Positions 10,834-20,610 of a stretch of DNA of 64,000 nt are shown one piece after another. The notes under the pieces are model-generated. The model was given only the letters and a program-made list of their open reading frames with translations. It ran no database searches and was not told where the DNA came from. Position 1 is the stretch's first letter. Each line of letters begins with the position of its first letter. Position numbers and translations under genes: made by a program. Origin of the DNA: Candidatus Anderseniibacteriota bacterium (GTDB lineage Bacteria > Patescibacteriota > Andersenbacteria > UBA10190); the NCBI GenBank assembly GCA_040900375.1, contig JBBDZC010000003.1, positions 64,586 through 128,585 on the forward strand. The letters are read 5' to 3'.

Positions 10834-12732
10834 ATGTGCGGCATTACAGGTAAAGTTTCATTTGGTAGTTCAGACATAACTACTGCCGATATAGATCGTA
10901 TGAATAAGGCCGTAGCTCACCGTGGTCCGGACGATGCTGGCATGTATATCTCGCCGGACCACCGGGTTGGCCTGGGCCATCGGCGCCTTGCCATCCTAGA
11001 CCTTACCTCAGCAGGGCGCCAACCTATGCGGTATCGCGACCGGTATGTAATTGTATTTAATGGGGAAATATACAATTTCCAGCAAAAACGTGAGGAACTT
11101 GAAAAAGAAGGGTACCGTTTCAAGTCGCATACCGATACCGAAGTTATTCTCGCATTATATGACAAGTACAAGGAGGGATGCCTTCGGCACTTGCGCGGCA
11201 TGTTCGCCTTTGCTATTTACGACGAACAGAAGCAAACTTTATTCTGCGCCCGTGACCGCGTTGGTAAAAAACCTTTTAAGTACTATTGGGGTAACGACGT
11301 TTTTGTGTTTGCCTCTGAACTCAAAGCTATCCTCACGCAGAGCGAGTATCAGCGAGAGCCCGATTATCTGGCCATCCACCACTACTTAAGCCTGCAGTAT
11401 GTCCCCGCGCCTTTGACGGGGTTTAAAGACATTAGGAAACTCAAACCCGGCCATTTTTTACAGCTCGATATCAAAAAACAAAAGCTGACTGTGAACCGAT
11501 ACTGGCAGCTTGATTTCCGCCACAAACAAACAAAAGCAGCGGCTGATTGGAAAAAAGAAATTATCGACAAGCTGGATGAAGCTACACAGCTGCGCCTTAT
11601 TGCGGATGTGCCGTTGGGAGCCTTCCTCTCGGGCGGCATTGATTCGTCAGCGGTTGTGGCGCTGATGAGTCGGCACAGTGCGAAGCCAGTCAAAACGTTT
11701 TCCATTGGGTTTGAGGAGGCAGGATATAACGAGCTACCGTTTGCCCGGATGGTCGCGAAAAAATTCAAAACCGATCATACGGAGTTTATTGTACGACCCG
11801 AAACAATCGATATTTTGCCAGAGCTGGTGGGGCTGTATGAAGAGCCGTACGCCGACAGCAGCGCTTTACCAACCTACTACTTGAGCAAGCTTACTCGTCA
11901 ACACGTGACAGTTGCCCTTAATGGAGATGGTGGCGATGAGAACTTCGCTGGCTATCCATGGTACGGCGTCCAGAAGTTCACTGACTGGTACCAGAAGCTG
12001 CTGCCGCTCCATAAGCTCACCGCTGCGCCAGCTACCCGTGTGATCAGTCGTCTCTATCCCAACACCTTTACTGATCGAATGCTGCGGTTTGCCCACACAC
12101 TCGACCAACCTACGGCCGCACGCTACTTGAATTACATCTGTTACTTCACCGATGTGCAGAAATCTGACCTGTATGGTCCCCAGCTGCGTCACTTTTTGAA
12201 GGAAGTCAGCTCTGCTGAAATATTAGCCGAGCACTTCGCAGCGGTACCCGATGCTCATCCGGTTGATGAAGCCCAATATGTTGATATCAACACTTATTTG
12301 CCTGACGATCTGCTAGTAAAAGTAGATATCGCGACTATGGCGGTAGCATTGGAAGGCCGGTCACCGTTCCTCGACCATGAATTTCTTGAACTTAGCGCGA
12401 GCATTCCCGCCAACCTTAAACTGCGAGGACTGAACACAAAAAAGTACATTCTCAAGCAAGCTCTCCACGATATATTACCCGACGAGGTATTATATCGACC
12501 CAAAAAAGGGTTTGGCGTGCCCATCGGTACATGGTTTCGCAGTGACTTAAAGAATTACTTGCGGAGCGTTGTTCTCTCTCCACGATCCCTCAGCCGTGGT
12601 CTTTTTGAGGAGGAAGCTATTCAACGCCTCATCGCCACACACAATACTACTACGATTAACCACGCTCCACGCTTATGGGCCTTGTTAACACTCGAATTGT
12701 GGTGGCGGCGGTATTTTGATAGTCAGAAGTAG
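10834..12732 (+). CDS. asnB: AsnB-family glutamine-hydrolysing amidotransferase
   Basis: N-terminal MCGITG, HRGPD, FNGEIYN, LSGGIDSS, GDGGDE. Confidence 0.95.
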   Translation: MCGITGKVSFGSSDITTADIDRMNKAVAHRGPDDAGMYISPDHRVGLGHRRLAILDLTSAGRQPMRYRDRYVIVFNGEIYNFQQKREELEKEGYRFKSHTDTEVILALYDKYKEGCLRHLRGMFAFAIYDEQKQTLFCARDRVGKKPFKYYWGNDVFVFASELKAILTQSEYQREPDYLAIHHYLSLQYVPAPLTGFKDIRKLKPGHFLQLDIKKQKLTVNRYWQLDFRHKQTKAAADWKKEIIDKLDEATQLRLIADVPLGAFLSGGIDSSAVVALMSRHSAKPVKTFSIGFEEAGYNELPFARMVAKKFKTDHTEFIVRPETIDILPELVGLYEEPYADSSALPTYYLSKLTRQHVTVALNGDGGDENFAGYPWYGVQKFTDWYQKLLPLHKLTAAPATRVISRLYPNTFTDRMLRFAHTLDQPTAARYLNYICYFTDVQKSDLYGPQLRHFLKEVSSAEILAEHFAAVPDAHPVDEAQYVDINTYLPDDLLVKVDIATMAVALEGRSPFLDHEFLELSASIPANLKLRGLNTKKYILKQALHDILPDEVLYRPKKGFGVPIGTWFRSDLKNYLRSVVLSPRSLSRGLFEEEAIQRLIATHNTTTINHAPRLWALLTLELWWRRYFDSQK

Positions 12733-12737
12733 AAAGT

Positions 12738-13469
12738 ATGCAGGAGTTGATAAAAAAAATTCTGCCGGCCAATCTCATAAACGGAATATTGGCCATCACC
12801 ACACGGCTTGCCGTCCGATACTATTATTGGAGATATCCGCCGCTTATTATTCGCCCTGGGACGACTGACCTTGGTGTTTTCCAGAGCATTTTTGTTTTGC
12901 GGGAACTGAAGCTGCCCACACCTACGTCCCCTAAGCTCATCATTGATGCCGGCGCGTATACAGGCTTTTCTACCTTGTACTATGCAACTATCTTTCCCCA
13001 AGCCACTGTTATTGCTGTCGAGCCTGAGGCTTCCAACTATGCCGTGCTCGTGCAAAATACGCGGCTACTCCCGAACGTCAGGACAACCCAAGCGGGCTTG
13101 TGGCCAGTTGATGCTTATTTACAAATCATTGATAGAGAGACCGGAAAATGGGGCTTTTCGGTACGGGAGGTGGAGGAGGCGGATGAATACGATGTTAAGG
13201 CTGTTACTATGGATACTATTTTAAAATATTCAGAGTCTACGATCATAGACATCTTGAAGCTGGATATTGAAGGGGCAGAAAAGGAACTATTCAGCCGGAA
13301 CTACCAATTATGGATAAACAAGGTGAATACGATTGTTATCGAACTGCATGATCGGATTAATCCTGGGTGTACGCAAGCTCTTATGGCAGCAGTCGATCCC
13401 AAGCTGTGGAATCACTCCACGGCAGGTGAAAAAGTCATTCTTGTACGCAAGCATCCAATAACGCAGTAA
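12738..13469 (+). CDS. FkbM-family methyltransferase
   Basis: IIDAGAYTG, AVEPEASN, LKLDIEGAE, VIELH. Confidence 0.9.
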   Translation: MQELIKKILPANLINGILAITTRLAVRYYYWRYPPLIIRPGTTDLGVFQSIFVLRELKLPTPTSPKLIIDAGAYTGFSTLYYATIFPQATVIAVEPEASNYAVLVQNTRLLPNVRTTQAGLWPVDAYLQIIDRETGKWGFSVREVEEADEYDVKAVTMDTILKYSESTIIDILKLDIEGAEKELFSRNYQLWINKVNTIVIELHDRINPGCTQALMAAVDPKLWNHSTAGEKVILVRKHPITQ

Positions 13470-13475
13470 TAGCAG

Positions 13476-14618
13476 ATGGCTTCAAGAAATCAACCAGCAC
13501 ACATACTCCATCTCATAACCGATCTCGATGTAGGCGGCACTGAAAAATCATTGCTCGCTACCCTCCCGCACATCCAGCGGCCGGATATGAGCCATAGCGT
13601 CTGTTGCATTATGGGTAAGGGAGTGATTGGCCAGCAACTCACAGAGCGCGGCATTCCGGTTGTATACCTCGACTACCAGCGATGGTACGACGTAATAAAA
13701 GTTACCTGGCGATTCTACAACCTCTTGCGCCGCATGAAGCCGCATATCCTTGTTACCTACCTCATCCATGCCGACCTATTCGGCCGAATTATTGGTACTA
13801 TTTCTGGTGTACGAACTATCATCTCCTATAAGCGCGGCAGTCTGTTGCAATGGGAGTTCCTGCAAGCTGCTGAATGGCTTACCAAGCATCTCGTCTCTCA
13901 CTACATTACCGTGTCGCGTGAGCTCAAAGATGTGCTAATTACCAAGCTGTATATCTCGCCTGAGAAGATTACCGTCGTACGGAACGGAATAGACACCACT
14001 ACGTATGAACAAACACTGGAAACGCGCAAGCAGGTGCGCACGGCACTGCGTACCCTGCCAGATGAACTCGTCATCGGTATGGTGGCAAAGCTTCGCCGCG
14101 GTAAAGGCCACCGCGAACTCATGCTGGCGCTTAGAAGAGTCAGCGACGCTTTTACAGCGCCGCCTCTCAAGCTGTTTATTGTCGGCGACGGCGATGAAGA
14201 GGAAGCCCTGCGGGCATACGCCGATGAACTCGGTATTGCTGACCAGACTGTATTTACGGGATACCGAAGTGATACCCCCGCCATGCTGGCAGCCGTAGAT
14301 ATTTTTGTCCTGCCGTCCCATTATGAAGGCATGTCGGTTGCACTGTTAGAAGCTATGGCCGCCCAAAAAACTATCATTACGAGCGATATTACTGCCAATA
14401 GGGAAGTTGTTGATGCATCCTGCGCCCTGCTTGTGCCGCCTGGCGACGCCGCCGCCCTCGCAGAGGCCATTACACGCCTCATTGCAGATGAGCCGCTGCG
14501 CGCAGAGCTCGCCCGCAACGCCCGCGAAAAGTGTCGCAAGAATTTTTCCATTGGAATAACGAGTGCCGAACTTCTGAAAATTTTTCAAACCTATGCTGAC
14601 CCAGAAGCCGCTGGTTAG
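13476..14618 (+). CDS. GT4 family glycosyltransferase
   Basis: ITDLDVGGTE, VRNGID, PSHYEGMSVALLEAMA. Confidence 0.92.
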   Translation: MASRNQPAHILHLITDLDVGGTEKSLLATLPHIQRPDMSHSVCCIMGKGVIGQQLTERGIPVVYLDYQRWYDVIKVTWRFYNLLRRMKPHILVTYLIHADLFGRIIGTISGVRTIISYKRGSLLQWEFLQAAEWLTKHLVSHYITVSRELKDVLITKLYISPEKITVVRNGIDTTTYEQTLETRKQVRTALRTLPDELVIGMVAKLRRGKGHRELMLALRRVSDAFTAPPLKLFIVGDGDEEEALRAYADELGIADQTVFTGYRSDTPAMLAAVDIFVLPSHYEGMSVALLEAMAAQKTIITSDITANREVVDASCALLVPPGDAAALAEAITRLIADEPLRAELARNAREKCRKNFSIGITSAELLKIFQTYADPEAAG

Positions 14619-15399
14619 TGTCCTGTTGTCTGTCCACCAGGATGCGCACAGCGAACTAGTAAAAACGCTAGACAGCGTAGTCCGCCAAACGTATCCGCGC
14701 TGGGAGCTTATTACCGTGGACGACGGTTCCATTGACGCTACGCATGACATTTTGACAGATTTTCAAGAACGCTACTCTATACAGGTATTACTTCTAAAGA
14801 ATTCCACTACACTTGGACTTACAAAATCACTGGTGTGCGCAGCCAACATGGCGAAGGGTATATACCTAGCGCGTCTTGACTCGGGCGATGAGTTTGAAGC
14901 TGACAAGCTTTCACAGCAAGTAGCATTCCTTGAGGCACACCCCAATTATGGAATTGTCGGTTGTAATTACATAAACACCCTTTTTCCTGAAGGCGCGTCA
15001 AGAAAGTACCGCCTTCCAGAAACCGATTCCGCCATCCGCAAGACAATCGTGAAAAAAAATCCATTCGCGCACAGCTGCGTACTCCTACGCACCAGCGCAT
15101 ATGAAAAAGTGGGCGGCTACGACCCTGCCATCCGTTATGGACAGGACTATGACCTGTGGTTCCGGATGCTTACCCTTGCAAAAGCAGCTAATTTGCCTGA
15201 TTTCCTATGCCGCCGGACGATACACAAAGGATCCATTTCGTACCAAAAGCAGAGAGCGCAAATGTTTCAGTGTGTGAAGACCCAATGGAAATACATGGAT
15301 AAGACGAACCCGCTCCACTATGCGTACCTACTCGAGCCGTTGCTCTTAGCGGCCATGCCACAGCAAGCGACGCGCGGGCTGCGATCACTTTTGCGCTAG
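14593..15399 (+). CDS. GT2 family glycosyltransferase
   Basis: PLVSVLL, VDDGSID, RLDSGD, GQDYDLW. Confidence 0.9.
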   Translation: MLTQKPLVSVLLSVHQDAHSELVKTLDSVVRQTYPRWELITVDDGSIDATHDILTDFQERYSIQVLLLKNSTTLGLTKSLVCAANMAKGIYLARLDSGDEFEADKLSQQVAFLEAHPNYGIVGCNYINTLFPEGASRKYRLPETDSAIRKTIVKKNPFAHSCVLLRTSAYEKVGGYDPAIRYGQDYDLWFRMLTLAKAANLPDFLCRRTIHKGSISYQKQRAQMFQCVKTQWKYMDKTNPLHYAYLLEPLLLAAMPQQATRGLRSLLR

Positions 15400-16515
15400 C
15401 ACAGTTTTGAATATTTCAATACTGCGCCGAATTGCCGTCTGCGCCTCGCAGTGGGCCATGACAAATTCGCGGGCGCGTACTCCAAAGCGTTCCTGCAGCT
15501 CTTTTGCTTCTAGCACGTCCGTTATTGCTTGGCGCAGGTCCGCCGGCCTCGGTGTACTTAAGTACCCGCTCACCTTATGATCGATTATTTCGTTGATGCC
15601 GCGGACGTTGTATCCAACCACCGCCAAGCCGCAGCTCATGGCTTCGAGCAGCGCCTTAGGGCTATTTTCATACTGTGATGGCGCGGCAAACACAGCGTAC
15701 TGAGATAGCTCCTGAGCCAGTTGGCGGGCAGGAACATTCCCGCGGAAATGCGCTAGTATCTTATGCTCTTCTGCAAACCGCTGTAGCTGTCCTTGCATGC
15801 TGCCAGAACCATAGATGGTCACTGCTACAGGCAGCCCAATCACAGCCTCAAGCAAGTCCCGCGGATTTTTTTCTGGTTCCAGCCTCCCGACGTACACGAT
15901 GCTGTTTGGTATTTTTTTTACCGGCATCGGGCGGAACAGCGACGTATCCACAGGATTGCGTATCAGCTCAATGCGGCCAGGATCAATAGCATAGCGTTCC
16001 GTAACATAGTCCTTCGCAAATTGGGATGTAACAACGATATAATCAGCCGCGCGGTACGTAATCCATTCCAAAAAAAGAGCCAATCGCTTGGTGAGAGCCC
16101 CCTTAAGTCCTGGCGCGAAGTCCGACAATGCCCACTGATATCCGCAGTGAAGGACAAACTTTTTCCGGTACAAAACCTTCGCTAGGGCGGCAGCCCATGC
16201 GCCCTCCATTTGCGCAGAGTAGTACAGGTCAGTTCCTTTTAACTCACGGCGGTAGGCAAACGGAATCAACAGGCTGTAGACCCAGGCGGGAAGCGGCCAT
16301 TTTTTTGGCAGCACAACAATATTTTTTTTAAGAAAGTCAGTATAGGCGAGATCCTCCCGCCCGCCGTAGGATAACAAGTAGAAGGTGTTGAAATGGTCGG
16401 CCCAGGCATTGTAGGTCACGGTACCAGTTCCACCGTCAAGCCAGCCGCGTTCTTTCCACAGCCGGACGGATGTGCCGCTCGTTAAGAACAATGCCGCATT
16501 CATGGACATATACAT
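15385..16515 (-). CDS. GT4 family glycosyltransferase
   Basis: YVGRLEPEKN, PSQYENSPKALLEAMSCG. Confidence 0.9.
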   Translation of the reverse strand: MYMSMNAALFLTSGTSVRLWKERGWLDGGTGTVTYNAWADHFNTFYLLSYGGREDLAYTDFLKKNIVVLPKKWPLPAWVYSLLIPFAYRRELKGTDLYYSAQMEGAWAAALAKVLYRKKFVLHCGYQWALSDFAPGLKGALTKRLALFLEWITYRAADYIVVTSQFAKDYVTERYAIDPGRIELIRNPVDTSLFRPMPVKKIPNSIVYVGRLEPEKNPRDLLEAVIGLPVAVTIYGSGSMQGQLQRFAEEHKILAHFRGNVPARQLAQELSQYAVFAAPSQYENSPKALLEAMSCGLAVVGYNVRGINEIIDHKVSGYLSTPRPADLRQAITDVLEAKELQERFGVRAREFVMAHCEAQTAIRRSIEIFKTVLAQK

Positions 16516-17790
16516 CTAGTGCTGAATGAACGAGCAATTCAATTTAACGCGGCCCCGACGAAATGATTCAAGCAACCCTTCTAAGTCTTGCCAAAACACT
16601 TCTGCCACGCGGGCCGGTGTAAAGCGGGACATTACTAGTTCATAACCGCTGGTTGCTATCCGTTCCAGTTCCTGCGGCCGATTCTGATAGTATGTAATTT
16701 TGGCGACGAGGTCTTTCAAATTTGCGTCTTTGTATGCGATGTAGTTTACGCCGTCCTGAAAGCCAATCAGCGTGTACATAGGGTCATCAATCCCTACAAG
16801 TATGGACCCGCATAAAATTCCCTCGAACAACTTCATGGAGGGTATTCCCGTGCGCTCTTCGGGGGTACAAAACATCATGTGCTGGTTGTACTTTTCGACA
16901 ATATTAAAACTGTAGTAAGGCAGCTTATACCCCAATACACTGGTCAGTACCCACGCAGGGAACGCGCGTTTGACCACGCGGGTAAATGCACTGTCTCCTG
17001 GTTGAATTTTCCTCATCTTCTCGACCGCAACCGCGTGGGGGTAAATGTAGGTCGCCAGGGTGTCCTGGGTTTTATCCTGGTTATCGAACAGCGCCTGTCG
17101 CATGGGGTTAAGGGCTGTTCCTCTCCCGTAGTATTGCACGTATGCTGCAGAAGAAGGCACGCTCATGGGTCCGCACGCGAAGCAGGTGTTCTTGCGCTGC
17201 TGAAATGGCTGCTTGCGCTTAAACCGCTTCCCTTCAAAAGTAAAAGGAAGTAAGTACGTTTTGCTGGACGCTCCAGGAAAGTAGTGGGTAAAGTAGTCGT
17301 TACGGGCTACGTCTCCTTCCGCCACAACAAACCCATATGATAAGCGCGAAAAGAAATTAGCGATCTTCTCCGTGCGCAAATGGTAGTGGCTCAAATGCAC
17401 CAGCACAATCCCCTTGTAGTCACACACTGTACTGTTAAAATCTGTAAACCCAAACACTAGAACAATGTCTTCATCTGGGTTCAACTGCATGTGGCTTATG
17501 TATGACGCGTGTTGCTGGCTATTTACCGCATTGAGGCGTTTCCAGAGCCAAAACTCAAGTGAGGTGCATAGCTTCAAGAGTATAGGCACACGTGCAATTG
17601 TTTTTTCAAACAGTGTGGTCTGATAGAAAGACGATTGCGTGCCGTCTGCCAGAAACGCAACCTCCCGCCCCTGTGCCGGCGCCTCTCGCCATAAATAAGT
17701 GTACTTCTGGTGCTGGGGAAACCGGAACAGCCAATTAAACACCATGTTGCCGCATTGATTGGCGTGTGGATTTAGGATAACAAGCCGCAT
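16516..17790 (-). CDS. Atypical GT-B glycosyltransferase (Glyco_trans_1_2/CgeB-like C-terminus), paralog of 21889..23160
   Basis: PSMKLFEGILCG, FQDGVNYIAY, ELERIATSGYELV C-terminal pattern. Confidence 0.7.
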   Translation of the reverse strand: MRLVILNPHANQCGNMVFNWLFRFPQHQKYTYLWREAPAQGREVAFLADGTQSSFYQTTLFEKTIARVPILLKLCTSLEFWLWKRLNAVNSQQHASYISHMQLNPDEDIVLVFGFTDFNSTVCDYKGIVLVHLSHYHLRTEKIANFFSRLSYGFVVAEGDVARNDYFTHYFPGASSKTYLLPFTFEGKRFKRKQPFQQRKNTCFACGPMSVPSSAAYVQYYGRGTALNPMRQALFDNQDKTQDTLATYIYPHAVAVEKMRKIQPGDSAFTRVVKRAFPAWVLTSVLGYKLPYYSFNIVEKYNQHMMFCTPEERTGIPSMKLFEGILCGSILVGIDDPMYTLIGFQDGVNYIAYKDANLKDLVAKITYYQNRPQELERIATSGYELVMSRFTPARVAEVFWQDLEGLLESFRRGRVKLNCSFIQH

Positions 17791-17849
17791 AGCTACTTAA
17801 GCAAGGCGGATAAATGGACTGCTCTGAAAATTGATATTCTTTTGATACG

Positions 17850-18986
17850 TCATGGTTTGGCGGCTATCAGGCTCTGCAATAGCGCCTGGTACTTTTTGAT
17901 TACGGCTGGCAGGTTGTGGTGCTCCCGTGCATACTGGTATGCACGTTCCGACATTGTACTGCGCAGTTCCCCACGGCTCAATATTTCGCCAATGTCTGCG
18001 GTCAGCCGCAAAAAATCACCTCCGGCCGCCTTTCCAAATGCATACGTGTGCAAGATGTTATCGGGATTCACCTGCAGCGCTGCGATCGGCACTCCCCATT
18101 TAGCTGCCTGCACGTACGTGTTCGGGAAGCCTTCCTGGAGGGATGTGTTCACGAACAGCAGTGCCTTCTGAAAGTACCCATCGATTTCCGCAAATGGGAC
18201 CTGTGAGCGGACGGTAATATTACTGTGTTCTGCCAAAGAATCCTGCAGTGCAAGAGGGTCGGAGTTAGTAACGAGCATAAATTTTTGATGCGGGAAATGT
18301 TCCGCGAGGCGGATAAGAATCTCCGGTTGTTTCGAGGGCACGAGCCGTCCCACCCACAGGAGGTATTCCCTGCCCGGCGCAGTGCCGGCATGCGGCGGCT
18401 CAACGGGATACATAGTGTTTATAGGCATGGCCTTGATACCCATATTCTTCTGAAACGCCAATCGCTGTCCTTTGTGTTGGCATACAACGGCATCAGCTGT
18501 GCGTAGGGCATAGGAAAATAACCAATTGATGTACCACGGGTGGCTGGCAAAGAAGCTACCGTCACTGTCCCGGTCATGGGCTGATGAGTATATAAATGCT
18601 CGGCCCAGAAGCCCCTTAGCCACCAGCGCGACTTTACCGGCAAACGAACCGCCGCCACGGACAATATACACGTCCGCGGATGTTTTTTTCATCGCCCGCC
18701 ACAGCTTCCAAAAATCTGCTAACCCATCGATGAAAATATTGCGCCGGCCGCATTTCACCGTCTTATAAATAAGGACCCTGCATTCCCCGATTAGGATTTC
18801 CTCCTGCGAAGGCTGCTCGTTGTAAAAATCACCTACCAAGAAACTCACCGCCATGCTGGTATGCTGCGCTAGACCAGTTCCTAAATAGTACTGTTGGATT
18901 TCCGAGCCGCTAAACGACTGCGCATGTATATCATCAGGGTGAAACAGCCGGTACGCGTATAAAGAAACAATGCACACGTTGGTCAT
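17850..18986 (-). CDS. GT4 family glycosyltransferase
   Basis: LWVGRLVPSKQP, TSLQEGFPNTYVQA. Start MTNVC at 18986 overlaps the upstream stop (ATGA). Confidence 0.88.
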   Translation of the reverse strand: MTNVCIVSLYAYRLFHPDDIHAQSFSGSEIQQYYLGTGLAQHTSMAVSFLVGDFYNEQPSQEEILIGECRVLIYKTVKCGRRNIFIDGLADFWKLWRAMKKTSADVYIVRGGGSFAGKVALVAKGLLGRAFIYSSAHDRDSDGSFFASHPWYINWLFSYALRTADAVVCQHKGQRLAFQKNMGIKAMPINTMYPVEPPHAGTAPGREYLLWVGRLVPSKQPEILIRLAEHFPHQKFMLVTNSDPLALQDSLAEHSNITVRSQVPFAEIDGYFQKALLFVNTSLQEGFPNTYVQAAKWGVPIAALQVNPDNILHTYAFGKAAGGDFLRLTADIGEILSRGELRSTMSERAYQYAREHHNLPAVIKKYQALLQSLIAAKP

Positions 18987-19759
18987 TTTTTTATCCTTAC
19001 AATAACGTCGAGCCCGCCCGGCATAGTACCAAAGTATATGTCCATGATGTTCGTAGCCCAGGCTCGTTTTCTTCGGAAGATGAACGCTGTGGCGACCCGC
19101 ATCAGCTTGACTGCCGCCTCTCCGGCGAGAGCGCATACGTTATTAAGCACATAAATCAGCTCAGGAATTAAAGGGAGCGTTTTGAGGGCAGCAATGTTTT
19201 CCACAACTATATTCGCGATAAAGAAAGGGGCCGCAAAGCTGGTGTTGGTCCCTTGCAGCAGCAAGATTTCGTCATGCTTAAACATTTCTAAGTACCAGTA
19301 GCGCGTCAGCCGTTGGAAATCATACGGCACACCATGCTCCCCCAGCAGAAAGGGCGTGGAGATATAAACCAATGCCCCGTTGCGCGCTACTCGACGGATT
19401 TCGCGTATGGCATCCTCAATGTGCATCGTATGCTCAAGCACTTCGGTCGCAATAACCCCATCAAATGAATTATCGGGAAATGGAAGCCTATCAGCGGATG
19501 CAACCACATCAGCGGCTGAACGCTTGGTATCAAAATCAACACCGATATATTTGTCGATCGCAAGGTCCCGTAGCAGTTTCAGAAAAGGCTTGTAGCCGCA
19601 ACCGACATCAATAATCCGCATGGGTTTTGACTCTTTTGCTAACAAAACCAGAAACTGCCGGAATGCCTGGAGATGCGCCCTGGTTGTGACGTACGAAAAA
19701 TCGAACAGGTTCGGCGCTGTCCGTTGACGTATAATCTTCCTTGCATCGCGCGGATTCAT
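18983..19759 (-). CDS. Class I SAM-dependent methyltransferase (Methyltransf_11-like)
   Basis: IIDVGCGYKP, LPFPDNSFD, EVLEH, HGVPYDFQR. Confidence 0.9.
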   Translation of the reverse strand: MNPRDARKIIRQRTAPNLFDFSYVTTRAHLQAFRQFLVLLAKESKPMRIIDVGCGYKPFLKLLRDLAIDKYIGVDFDTKRSAADVVASADRLPFPDNSFDGVIATEVLEHTMHIEDAIREIRRVARNGALVYISTPFLLGEHGVPYDFQRLTRYWYLEMFKHDEILLLQGTNTSFAAPFFIANIVVENIAALKTLPLIPELIYVLNNVCALAGEAAVKLMRVATAFIFRRKRAWATNIMDIYFGTMPGGLDVIVRIKK

Positions 19760-20610
19760 TCCTCCACCTTTGCGGCGGCTCCCTTAATGCCGATAAAAAG
19801 TAAGTATGGCGAGGTCAAGCTGTTCTCAAAAACATGGCAGCGCCGCCAGAGGGGGTTGGTAAGCGCCTGCGCCAGTTGCAGCCCTTTGACTATCATCATG
19901 CGGGCCGGGCCGCGGCCTTGCAGAATACCCATATTCAACACGCCATAGTAACCGCAGTACTCCTGCGCAACGTTGTGCTTTTGAAACAAGCGGCAGAACG
20001 TATTCTTTTGCATAATCGTCAGGTTGTGCTTTGCAATAAGGTCAGGCGCCAACGACTTTACCAGCGGGTAGTAAACACCGCGCAGCCGTGGGATCATTAT
20101 GAGCAGCTTGCCCTGGGGCTTGAGCACGTTGAGATGCGCCGCGATGGCCTCGTCTACATTGCTAAAGTGTTCGACCACGCCAAACGAAATCACCCGATCA
20201 AATGCATCTTTGTAAGCTTGCTGGAACGCAGGGTCAAACACATCGGAAAAAATACAGTTGTTTTCGGCGATGCCATCGCGTTTGAACTTGCCGCGCACTA
20301 CCTCAACGCCCACTCTCGTGTACTCCACGCCGAAGGGAACATACTGGTAGCGGCGCGCAAAATCGAGCAATCGCTCTCCAGGAGCGCACCCTACCTCCAG
20401 AACAGTTTTTGTCTTGTCGGGCTCAAAAAACCGGTCAGAAATCCTATAAAATATTTCCCGGGCCGACGGCTTAGTGAGCCAGGTCCGGAACTTGCCTGTT
20501 GACTGCCGGGTGTGGGCGTCGGCCCTTTGCGCATTGATAGACTCCCAATACGAACGCGACGCAATGTCCGTACGCCGCTCGTTATTCCGGCTGTAAGAGG
20601 CGTTTAGCAT
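19756..20610 (-). CDS. Class I SAM-dependent methyltransferase
   Basis: VLEVGCAPG, FDRVISFGVVEHF, LKPQG. Start uncertain (20610 or 20628). Confidence 0.88.
   Translation of the reverse strand: MLNASYSRNNERRTDIASRSYWESINAQRADAHTRQSTGKFRTWLTKPSAREIFYRISDRFFEPDKTKTVLEVGCAPGERLLDFARRYQYVPFGVEYTRVGVEVVRGKFKRDGIAENNCIFSDVFDPAFQQAYKDAFDRVISFGVVEHFSNVDEAIAAHLNVLKPQGKLLIMIPRLRGVYYPLVKSLAPDLIAKHNLTIMQKNTFCRLFQKHNVAQEYCGYYGVLNMGILQGRGPARMMIVKGLQLAQALTNPLWRRCHVFENSLTSPYLLFIGIKGAAAKVEE

Noticed and set aside
18987-19136. N-terminal extension of GT4 17850..19136
   Set aside because: It overlaps the methyltransferase in another frame; the ATGA-coupled start at 18986 fits better.
19834-20502. 222-aa antisense ORF (also 29882..30496, 23397..23903 and similar)
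   Set aside because: These are shadows of well-supported genes, with no motifs or expression signals.
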